NCBI GenBank assembly: GCA_040285825.1
Contig: JAUPSS010000007.1
Span: forward strand, 954,501-1,018,500
Source of the DNA: Eukaryota sp. TZLM1-RC
Taxonomy: Eukaryota > Protista > Metamonada: BaSk clade
DNA: 64,000 bases
Reading direction: 5' to 3'
Made by a program: the position numbers and the translations under genes. Below, in pieces: positions 22,736 through 32,831 of the stretch (positions within the stretch are counted from its first letter, which is position 1; the number at the start of each line of letters is the position of its first letter). The notes beneath the pieces were generated by a model. That model was not told the DNA's origin. It worked only from the letters and a program-made list of their open reading frames with translations, and did not search any database.

Positions 22736-25062
22736 AGATTCTTCACTGTTTGTAACCATTCTGCCACAAAGATTTGGACTGTGTGCTACTAATGAAGCGT
22801 TTGTTACAAAAATGAGACTATATTGGAATATCCCCATTAATCAATTATTATGGAAGGAAAAATGTATTTGTTCGAATTCACCTCTGATGCTTTATCCATA
22901 TATGATAACAAAGAATAAGGAATAATTTATTAGAATTTCACCGGCCCTTATAAAGGCCATCACTAGTGAACTATGTTATATAAATATAAATGTACTAGAC
23001 TAATTGTCCACAGTACAACACTACCTTTTCCCTCTCTTAGATCTCGAACGAGAGCTACGAGTACTGACTGCAGGGGAATTAGTCTTAGATTTGGAATTAG
23101 AAGATACCTTCCGTTTCCTGGTAGTGTGAGGACTAATAGAGCGCAAATATGTTTGATATGCCTCAGTGCTTTTGACGTCAGCAACTGGGACAGACGAAGT
23201 CTCGCCGCCATACCAAACTGCGGTACAATAAGGAACTTTATTATTGTTCGAATCTACGTAATCAAAGTGATCTATAATTTTAACGATTACAGATTCTTCC
23301 ATATCGCCAGCAGCAATATTCTTATGCCAATCAAGATCTTCTTTAGGGAAGTCTGAAAGGTATAGTTTACAATGATTTATACTTGCCGTAGACATCGAAC
23401 CAGTGACAAGATTCTTGAGTAATAAACTTTTATTGGATTTAACTTCTTCAACGAGAAAAGGGCCAGCGAAGCAACCATGGAGTTTACCATTAGTCTTTAA
23501 TCGCAAAACTAAGTCACCTTTATTAAAAGGGTTCCTATGTTTGTTAACTTCAGGCAGTTGTTGAGCTTGCCTGAGCTCTGCCTCTTCTCTCTTCTTTGAA
23601 ATCCTTTCAAGTTTTGCTTCAAGATCTTTAACAAAGGGAATATTAACATTAGCTGATTTTATTAATTCAAACATATTACTAGGATCAGCTCTAGGGCTGT
23701 GGTCGCTACCAAACATTAAATTGTAGGGCGAATGACCAGTAACTCTACTAATAGTTGAATTGATTTGAAGTTGTACAATTGGGATATATTCACTCCAATT
23801 GCTATAATCGCCATAGTCCACCAAAATCTTTCTTAGACTTTGTAAGATGTCTCTGTGTCGTCTTTCTACTAAACCATTGCTTTGTGAAAAGCTAGTTAGT
23901 GAACGACTTACTTCAATGTTTAATAAATCGCATAACCCTTTGAATATGGCATTTGCAAATTCAATACCATTGTCACTATGAATCAACAGTGGGATACCAA
24001 AAATTGATACTACACTCCATAGGAGGTGATTGGTTGCCTCCACTGCATTCAATTCCTTTACAGGGCAAATGATCGTATACCTAGTGAACGAATCTACGAA
24101 AACTATTAAATATTTGAATCCATTATCATCTTGTTGTAATGGTCCAATAGTATCTGCGTTTAATCGTGCAAAAGGTCGATCAGCCCAAAGAGAGCCAGAT
24201 GATTCAATGACTTTTTTAGGCACATGTGCCGTCTTTTGACATGCTGGGCATCTCTTAATATGATTGATCATGTCTTTGCGCATGTCGGGCCAAAAGTAAT
24301 CACTATTGAGTAATTTCTTTACGCTAGTCGTCACACTAGGATGGCCAACATTTGCATGTCCATGAATGATAGTTAAAGTCTGCTTCTTTAAACTATCTGG
24401 GATAACAATCTTCCCACGATTGTTGGTATACAATTGAATATCTGAATTATAATTGTAATCTTTATCATAATCAGGATTTGAATCAACATCTATAAGTTGT
24501 TCTTGCCTAATCTTTGAGATCCAAGTGTCAAATAAATCAAATTTAGTATCCTCAACTGCTTCTTTCAGTGCAGATAAGCTATTGATCGTGGGTAGCTCAA
24601 TTGTGGACGGTTGAGTAATATCATCCCTTAACAAATTAACTCTAGTTAATAAATTTAAATAGGGTAATTGTTCTTCAACTCTGTGAGGTGCCAAGTTTCT
24701 CACTTGTTGGACTCGAGGGGTTTTGGGTTTGGTATCAACCAATCTAGACAACATGTCTGCCCAATAATTCTCCTCGCCTGCCGTGTGGACTACATCAAAA
24801 TTGAATTCTGACAATATTGGTAGCCACCTCTTCACAATGCTGTTCTTTTCAGGAGCTGATATAAGGAATGCTAAATTTCTATGATCAGTGAAAATAGTTA
24901 ATTTCCTCGAAATTAAATAATTTTCTAAACTACTGTCAGTGAGAATTAGTAAAATTGCATACAACTCTTTCTGAAGTACAGACCAATTCTTTTGTGAAGT
25001 TGATAATAATCTGCTAAAGAAGGCAATAGGTACAACCTTTCTCTTAATTAGCGGTGTCGTAG

Positions 25063-25890
25063 TGTTGTTGTCGAACTTAAATTGAATTAGTAGGTTTCAT
25101 TGTATTTTGACTGATGATGTGATACTCGTTTATGAATCAGTTTTATTAATAAACTCAGATTTCTCTCTCTTCTTCGTGTGTTCATCTGCCTAACGGCATC
25201 AATAATTATTGGCCCTTCTTATTTCAGATGACTGTTCCCTCTGTTAACCTGACGTCTCTTTCTTCCATGAAAGTTGAAAGTGTTCTTCTGTTCCTATAGG
25301 AGTGAAAGATTTATTCTTCGGTGACTCCTAAGAAAGAGCTTGTTCCAGCAAGACTCTTGGTCGATTCTTTTCTGTTAGAGTCCCTATCTCTCCAGAAATC
25401 CGACGGCTGATCCAGTGACGATGTTCTTCTCAGACATCTACAATCTGTCGTATCGTTCGCCATGTACGAAGATTTTAGTCTGGCTATGTCAGAACTGATG
25501 CTTTATGTCCGTATTGGTGACGTCCGAGAATGTATGTCCTGTTACCTGCGACGTTTTTTCCAGGTAAAGAGTAGGGCTTCCGGACTGAAGTTGCCAGACA
25601 TAGCTTTTCTGAACCGATTTGCCAGAGGACTTCTTTTCGTAGGTATCCAACGTTCTCATACCATCAATGCACCGGAGAATTTAACAAACCCCATATCTCC
25701 CCTCTATTGAGCCAGTACTGTATTTGTCCTCAGAAAAATGGGAAAAAGTAGTGTTGTTGTCGAACTTAAATTGAATTAGTAGGTTTCATTGTATTTTGAC
25801 TGATGATGTGATACTCGTTTATGAATCAGTTTTATTAATAAACTCAGATTTCTCTCTCTTCTTCGTGTGTTCATCTGCCTAACGGCATCA
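25063..25890 (+). mobile_element. 828-bp non-autonomous LTR mini-retroelement (family LTR-B, TRIM/TR-GAG-like)
   Basis: Identical 139-bp LTRs (25063-25201 and 25752-25890; TGTTGT...GCATCA); TSD gtag; PPT GAAAAATGGGAAAAAGTAG; 550-bp internal region. Confidence 0.95.
25228..25710 (+). pseudogene. Gag/capsid-like ORF of the mini-element, 160 codons with 3 in-frame stops
   Basis: ATG 25228 is in frame with the 25462 ORF. VDSFLLE...SSDDVLLRHLQSVVSFAMYEDFSLAMSE resembles Gypsy B gag IDPSLLS...TDADVMVFLLKRTQFTSYHEACTALMK, and YLRRF...FLNRFARGL resembles retrotransposon capsid motifs. Confidence 0.6.
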
Positions 25891-26794
25891 GTAGGATCTT
25901 TAGGTGGGTTAGCTTCTTGCCATATTACTCCACCTACAGCCACATCAGACGCATCCGCACTTATTAAAATGTGCTTGTCTTCTGAGGGCAATTCAAGAGG
26001 GATATTTGCTTTAATAAGGTTTATAATCTTACCAAAAGCCTCGTCATGATCAGAAGTCCACTTGACCTTTGACGGTTTGTTTCTGGTTAATTTGTTGATT
26101 GGTTCTATCAAGTCAGACAAATATGGCAACCAGTCACGTATATAATTGATCGAGCCTATAAAACTCCTAACTTCAGGTAATGTCCTGGGTTTGGGTAGGT
26201 TGATCAGTCCCTCGATCCTAGATTCATCTATATATCGGGTTTTGTTTACAAAAATACTACCTAGAATTTTTATTTCATGTTTGCAAGTGGTAAAGCTACA
26301 CTTGGGTAGGCCAAGGTTAACTCTAAAACGTTTGGCGCGTTCTAGGACCGTACCTACTCTAGATAGAAATTCATCCAGGGTTGAAGCTACTATTATTATA
26401 TCATCGATATAAATAAATACACCCTCAGAATCAAATATTTCCATCATCATGTTTTGGAAGACTGCAGGAACGTTCTTCAAACCAAAACAAGCCCTTTTAA
26501 AACTGATCGACATTCCGGGAATTGATACGGTAGTTTTATCAATATCCTCTTCTGCAATTTTGAGCTGCCAAAATGCCTTAGGTAAATCTAGAGTTGTTAT
26601 ATAATTAGCTTTACTTAGAAACTCTAAAATGTCGCTAATCCTGGGCAAATTTGCCTCTGCAGGTTTAGTTAAATCATTTACTCCACCAATACCACTAAAA
26701 TCGCCAGTTAATCGTGGCTTCCTGTGATCAGGGTAAATCACAAGACAGATGGGACTACTGAATTGAGACTTTGCGGGCACAGCAAATCCATTAC

Positions 26795-26933
26795 TGTTGT
26801 TGTTGAACTCATATTGAATTAGTAGGTTTCTTTGTATTTCGACTGATGACGTGATACTCATTTATGAATCAGTTTTATTAATAAACTTAGATTTCTCTCT
26901 CTCCTTCGTGTGTTCATCTGCCTAACGGCATCA
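26795..26933 (+). mobile_element. Solo LTR of family LTR-B
   Basis: 139 bp, with 9 substitutions relative to the mini-element LTR; TSD ttac; inserted at the start of the Gypsy A RT region. Confidence 0.95.
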
Positions 26934-29900
26934 TTACGGATCAATTCGTTAAAAATTTCCTCAGCTACCCGTTGTTTTTCTGGGTTTAATCTTCGAGGTT
27001 TCCTTTTGACGACCTTACTTTCGCCATAAAATGGAATGGTCATCGGCTGACAATCAATTCCATCCGGGTGAGGTAGCCCACTAAATACATTTCTATATTT
27101 TTCGAGTAGCACGACTAGGCGTTCCTCGTCCCTAATGTCATCCAGGCATATTCTACAGCCCAACTCATCTAACTCATGTCTAAATGTGGAATGCCCAAAA
27201 TCATTACCTAAGTCTGATTTATTACTCAATTGTTCTATGAATCTAATTGGTTGACAAATTCTATTATCAAACTCACATTCAGCATTTAAGATGGTGCGAT
27301 GTTCGCGATCCAAATTAATATTAAAACCGTGCTCCGTGCGTAGCCCCAAGGTTTGTAATAAGTCTCTTCCGATCAAAAAATTATTGGTACCAGGAATGAT
27401 CTGGAATTCGATCCTTAAAAACACTTGAGTGGCCAAGCTACCCACATTTAGAGCAAGAACACCACTTGCACATCCCAGGGTCGTGGAGCGAATACCATTT
27501 GCCGATAAGTATTCGACAGTCTTATTGTCATTAACTGTCATATTACATTTAGAGGCTAAATCCATTGATAATGCTGAGAATGCAGCTCCATTATCAATTT
27601 CGCCTTGTACTTCCACGTTATTTATGGTGCAGGTTAACCAAAGTTCCCCGTTACAACTTTCTTGGTCCTCTGCTACCCTGGATAGTATAACACTGTGGAT
27701 AGAACCCACAGGATTGGATGACTCTCTAAATCTTTTTAAAGGATTTAGGTGATTATAATTCGAATCTGCTTTGCTCATTATATAAATGGATTTGATTGAA
27801 TTATTTGTAAGGTTATTGTTAAAAGATGTATAATCATCTGATTTATTACTACTACTTTTACGTTTTCTATCACGTTTTTCACCTCCATGGCGCTTTTTTG
27901 AACCAGGTCTTCCCACTAATTTAAAACATTTCTCTTCAGGATGTTTATTGGTTTTGCATAAGTTACACCATTGCTCTGAAGGGATGGGTCGACTGCTTGT
28001 TCTAGGGTTCTTAAAAGGACCTTTTGACTGGCTTCGTCCTTTTTGCGCAGGAGCGTGAGCACCAAAAGCTATTCTAATCAAATTCATGTCTTTGATCGAG
28101 GATTCAAGGCTATTGACCTTATTAACGAATGCGTTACCTAAATCGTAAATTGCATCGCCCAGTTTCTCGTTACTCGAATCAAACTTGCCAATCCAAATGA
28201 TATATGTGTCCATCAATTGATTGTTTGTTTTGTCGTTAATAGTTTCGAGAAATCTCTTTGCTGGGTAGACGACAGACGGATTACCATCCGTTCCAGGCAT
28301 AATTGTAGAGCGTCGAATTATATATATGATCTGCTCTATGAAGGCTGTCCACGAAGATTCAGCAGTCATTCTGCGACTGATCTCAGGTGGTCTTACAGAC
28401 CTTAAAGCCTTTTCAACATCGGTAGGGTATTTGTACTGGGTGCTGAGTAGCAAATATTCCCAGATTTCGGCGTCAGATGGGTTGTTGCCTAACACGTTTG
28501 TAAGGCCTCCATAAAAACTCTGCCATTCTGCGATGACCTTACCCTCGATCATAAATCTCAAATACAAAGGGTCAACTTCGAAGAACATAGATCTAACGAA
28601 GTCGTACTGATGAACAGGTTGACCGTATTTGGTGATCGGCGTAAATGCTCTGGTGGGTCCATCGCGATCCCTAACTGTTTTAGCCCAATTGCCAAAGTTA
28701 AGAACGAAGTCGAAGATCTTCTTGGCGTCAAACGCTTCATTTAACTTAACTAGGCATCTAAGTTTGTCGTCTATTCTTTTCCTCAATTTCTCCTCGTCTG
28801 TTACAGGAGTTCTATAAAGACCGAGGGTGTCGACGAGAGAATCTCTAGGAGCATTCGTTCCTAGGGGTTGCGTGGGTATAGATGATTTTATAACAGATGC
28901 TTGTGTAGGAGTTGCTTCACAAGAAGCTCTCCTAGATGCCAGAGGCCCTACAGAAGGTGTACCAAATAGGTTCATATTCCTCTCTTCTGAAGGCAATGTT
29001 TCGCCCAACTTAATGATAAATCTTGTCTTAGGAGGTTCCTCCTGCACAGGTACAGTCTGGGCTGGTGGCCTTAAATCCACCCAATCTGGTGCATCTTTAG
29101 ATCCTCTAGGGACCCCTGCTAGTTTATGATCATATGGAAGGCAACTGCTCTTTATTAAGACATTCTCAAAAACATTTTGGTCGGGCCAGCTATCAACCCA
29201 TGCCTTAAGTTTAGCCATCCATGCATCAGGGTATACTAGTTTCAACTTGTTGGGGCCAACACGTTGCTCTTTCAATTCAATTACCCTTGTGCCTATTTCT
29301 CTAATATAGGACTCTTTGGTATGAAATTGAAGGGTGTCACCTCGAGATTCATCGAATCTGCCCCCAAGCATAATAAAAATGTCCGCAATGGAATCTTTTG
29401 GGTGTACGTTCTCCACTAGGAAATGCCTTACGACGCCTCTAAGGTTTCTACCTTGTTGATTATGAGGATACATTTTAGCTATCCAAAATAGTCTGTCGTA
29501 AGCTTCTTGATTTCCACTGAAATATATTTTGTGGTCATCAATTGCATCCCTATGCCATTTGGCAGGCCTGGGAGTAGCAGCTTGATACTTTGAACGAGGT
29601 GCGCTAAAATAGCAATCCTCGACTGCACTCATTCCACACGAGACTGCCGAATCGGTAAGATCATCCAATCTCTTTAAAAAATTTGGACTTTGATCATAAC
29701 TCTCGTAGACGACGTCGTCAAGTGTTTTGCCGTGGGCTTCCCCAAAGAGGAAGGGCCAACGTTTTGCTAAATAGTCACGTCGCACTTTCTCACATTCGGC
29801 TGGGTCTACGTCTCCCGCAAGACGCTCTGACTCATTTTCAGCCATTTTTACTAATTCGTCATCACTCCAATCCATTACATCTTCGGGAGGATTGGCGATG

Positions 29901-30378
29901 AGGTCCAATAAGAAATCTCTAGTTACTGCCTCAACTGCCTTTAATTAATGATGCTTTATCCATATATGATAACAAAGAATAAGGAATAATTTATTAGAAT
30001 TTCACCGGCCCTTATAAAGGCCATCACTAGTGAACTATGTTATATAAATATAAATGTACTAGACTAATTGTCCACAGTACAACACCTCAGCTCACTGTAA
30101 ATCATGCTCTAAATTGTTCGAAATTGATAACTTCTCGTTCATCATTACATGATGCTGTTAGATACACTGTTTTTAATATGGCACAAACCGCAAGAATATC
30201 GTGTACCAAAGAGCCTCTGCTGAAGGAAACACTTTCTCTAAATAATTTTGGTTCTGATGATAGATGTATGTATACTGTGATTGGATTGATAACTCCGAAG
30301 CTATAGTTGACTTTGTGTTCTTGATTTTAAAGCAAAAAAGACATAGAAAAAATGACAAAGATATCGAAGAGGCTCATG

Positions 30379-30543
30379 TGTTAGCCTTGGATAATATTTA
30401 TAATAGTTTATTTATAGTTTATTAATAGTTATTGTATTATTGCGCCCATGCGCTTAAGTTAAGGGAAATCCTCATTCCCTTGTAATAAATTACTCTACTT
30501 TTCATATAAGGTCATGTCCCGTCATAACACCCGCAGATCATCA
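30379..30543 (+). mobile_element. Solo LTR of a third family (LTR-C), 165 bp
   Basis: TGTTAG...ATCATCA with an internal AATAAA; imperfect TSD catg/aatg; interrupts family A at EEANV. Confidence 0.75.
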
Positions 30544-30879
30544 AATGCTGGTAGAAATATACCACTAGCTTTTATTGTTTTCCCATTTTCGATAAATGGA
30601 AGACTATCAGTAGAAGCAGAAACTTTTTTGAATGACTTCCAAAAAATGGTTCAAGAAAAAACAATGAAAAGATTTGATTTTTTTATGGTGTTCACGGATT
30701 CAATTTGCCATTATTAATAGATTACCTCTGTTTTTCAATCGACTAAGAGAAGCTTTAGCTAGACAGCAAGCAGAGCCAGATTTTGTAGAGGAAATCTTGG
30801 TTCAATGAATTTCGTCCCACTAATTATGAATTAATTTTCCTAAATGTACATGTTCAATAAATATCTATATCTTTAATGT

Positions 30880-31140
30880 CTGGTGATAAATTTCTTGAAG
30901 GTTTCAGATGTTTAGTAAAGGCAAGAGCAGGAAAAGAGTTGAACTTTAATTTCGGGCACAATAGAATTGTTTTCAGTATTCTTAAAGCAATTCCCGAAAT
31001 GCTAACCAAAGCACCGTTGAAATTAAAAATAGAGTATGAGAATCGCGCACTGAAAGGTTTGATGGGTTGGTGCGTGTATTGAGGATTTTGAGTTCTAGTT
31101 TTATGTTTAGTTGTTTAACAATTGCATTTGAATGAAATAA
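30880..31140 (+). mobile_element. Non-LTR 3' end (E-like)
   Basis: FL..F..LVK.R.GK...NRIVFSILKAIP...gaggattttgagttctag. Confidence 0.65.
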
Positions 31141-31199
31141 GTTCTTTTAAAACAGTTTGGGAGAATAAATAAGCGAGAAATAGGAAAGTTTAAATAGAT

Positions 31200-31720
31200 A
31201 TTGTTTTTCTAAACATTATCGTGTACATGTTCCAACTACTGTTCCTTTCCAACATAAAACACGATCAATTGGTTCATGATGTTCCCATACTGAAATCGTT
31301 TCTTAATAGAAATCTCTTTTCAAAATTCTCAAATCTGGCTGCTGGTTACTAGCATTTGCTTCTTATATCATGAACATTCCATTAATGTGATCGGAAAAGC
31401 CTAATGGAATCAGTGATTCTTTGGATTCTTTTTGTATTTGAAGATGCCCAATTACAGAAGCCCTGTGAATACTTTGCCAATAAAACAACTTGTTCAATTT
31501 CAAAAGACATCTCTTCCAATATAATATAAACTGACGGTACAGCATCTGTAGAGAGTATGAAACTGAGGTGAAAAACAACGTTGCAAACCAGCACTGAATT
31601 TGAATCAATCGGTATCGCAGATGTTTGAATATATCACAGCTATATATAGAATTCGTGAAACAAACAATATGGCAGATCTCGCAACAACTCAATGTAGTCA
31701 TTATATCACTAATGTTGTTA
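31200..31720 (-). mobile_element. Possible MULE transposase relic
   Basis: Broken frames give LSFI..DAVPSVYIILEE ... RLF...WNVHD, resembling the MULE LAFVP...PLFP..WNV region; heavily decayed. Confidence 0.3.
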
Positions 31721-31779
31721 AGCAGATTCAATGTTGCACACCTTCAGAATGATCCTCAAAGCACCAAATTCTTGAACAT

Positions 31780-32190
31780 TATGGGAATTGCACAATCCGA
31801 AGTGACTCCCCTTGATGACTCAGAATTTTACAAACGAAATAAATATGCAAATCCTTTGAAAGAATTGAAACATGTTCGCCATGTAGATTACCAAATTTGC
31901 CCATTTGCTATATCGTTGTATGGTCGTCTTGGAAAAACTGCTTTGAATTTTATTGATGATTTTGAAAATCTGGTGAAAAGAAGAATGAATAAGCGTTTTG
32001 ATCGTCGCTTGTGGCTAAATCGTATTGTGTTTACTATTGTCAAATCAATTCCTAAAATGATTTCGAAAGCTTTGATGTCTGTCAGTGCACAATAAGAAGA
32101 CATTGCTGCTGTGAGGTTTGATGGTGTGGAAGCTTGTTTTGAAGATATTGACTTTTAGTCTGGGGTTTGGAAAATAAATTGAAATTAAAA
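31780..32190 (+). mobile_element. Non-LTR family D 3' end
   Basis: K.NKY..PL...YQICPFAISLYGRLG...LWLNRIVF...EDIDF*; homologous to the copies at 51.8k and 58.0k. Confidence 0.85.
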
Positions 32191-32240
32191 AATATATTAT
32201 GAGATTCATTGAATTATACACATAAATCACGTCGTTTACA

Positions 32241-32831
32241 ATGCTTTCGCTGTCTCCAAATTACAGTCCTTCTCAAGTCTGCTTGCTTGTTTGTGACATT
32301 CAAGAACGTTTTAGGGAACTTTTACCTAACTTTGAAACATTGTTAAAATGTTCACGTATCTTGATCGATGTCTGCAAAGTCTTGGGAATCAACATCGTCA
32401 CTACAGAACAGTATCCCAAAGCTTTAGGTCACACTGTCTCTGAGCTTGCTCCTCTCATTCAAGAACATCCCATTTTTGAGAAAACCTGCTTCTCAATGAT
32501 CACCAAGGATGCAGAATCTCACCTGAAGTCACAAAACTGTGGTAATTTCATCATTGTCGGCCAAGAAACCCACGTTTGCGTTCTCCAAACCGTATACGAT
32601 ATCATCCGCATCGATCCTGAAGCAAAGGTCTTCATTGTAGCTGAAGCCGTTGATAGTCAACGTAAGTTTGACAGAGATATCGCCCTTGCTGAGCTGGGTA
32701 AATTAGACAATGTTTTTATCGTTAGTGCACAGTCACTTGTGTTTAGGTTGCTTGGTGATGCTAAACATCCCCAATTTAAGGAGGTTTCAAAGTTAGCCAA
32801 GGAGTTGATGGATTTAGTCCGCCCTCAATAG
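32241..32831 (+). CDS. Isochorismatase-domain protein (ISOC1/2-like), 196 aa
   Basis: LLVCDIQERFR, TEQYPKALGHTV.EL, KTCFSM, G.ETHVCVLQT, LLGDAKHPQFKEV. Confidence 0.93.
   Translation: MLSLSPNYSPSQVCLLVCDIQERFRELLPNFETLLKCSRILIDVCKVLGINIVTTEQYPKALGHTVSELAPLIQEHPIFEKTCFSMITKDAESHLKSQNCGNFIIVGQETHVCVLQTVYDIIRIDPEAKVFIVAEAVDSQRKFDRDIALAELGKLDNVFIVSAQSLVFRLLGDAKHPQFKEVSKLAKELMDLVRPQ

Larger units (their letters stand above)
23021..29875 (-). pseudogene. Gypsy A gag-pol polyprotein, ~1959 aa from ATG 29875 once both insertions and one TSD copy each are removed
   Basis: Zn knuckle CNLCKTNKHPEEKC; protease IDNGA; RT LDLPKAFWQ and YIDD; RNase H DASD..VGGV; integrase HHCC plus D-D-E (ADTIGP, HSDNG, GLVERRH); chromo-like C-terminus. 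Junctions restore ELIRNGFAV and PKDPTTPLIKRK. Confidence 0.93.
22885..30084 (-). mobile_element. Ty3/Gypsy LTR retrotransposon A, full length, chromodomain-type, interrupted by two insertions
   Basis: Identical 136-bp LTRs (22885-23020 and 29949-30084; TGTTGT...GCATCA on the minus strand); 4-bp TSD cctc; PPT GAGAGGGAAAAGGTAG; domain order gag-PR-RT-RH-IN. Confidence 0.97.
22745..30865 (+). mobile_element. Non-LTR family A copy (22745-22884 plus 30085-30865) split by Gypsy A and by a solo LTR
   Basis: Joining the flanks recreates the empty site seen at ~1628-1660 (gttcgaattcacctca.ctcact). Confidence 0.85.

Noticed and set aside
25063-25201. Hammerhead ribozyme (retrozyme) in LTR-B, suggested by CTGATGA and the 4-bp TSD
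   Set aside because: No stem II or GAAA core (GAAT instead), and CTGATGA is not conserved in the 43.8k copy.
25063-26933. Insertions in Gypsy A as spliceable introns
   Set aside because: They have TG...CA ends and TSDs, not GT...AG or the host branch motif, on either strand.
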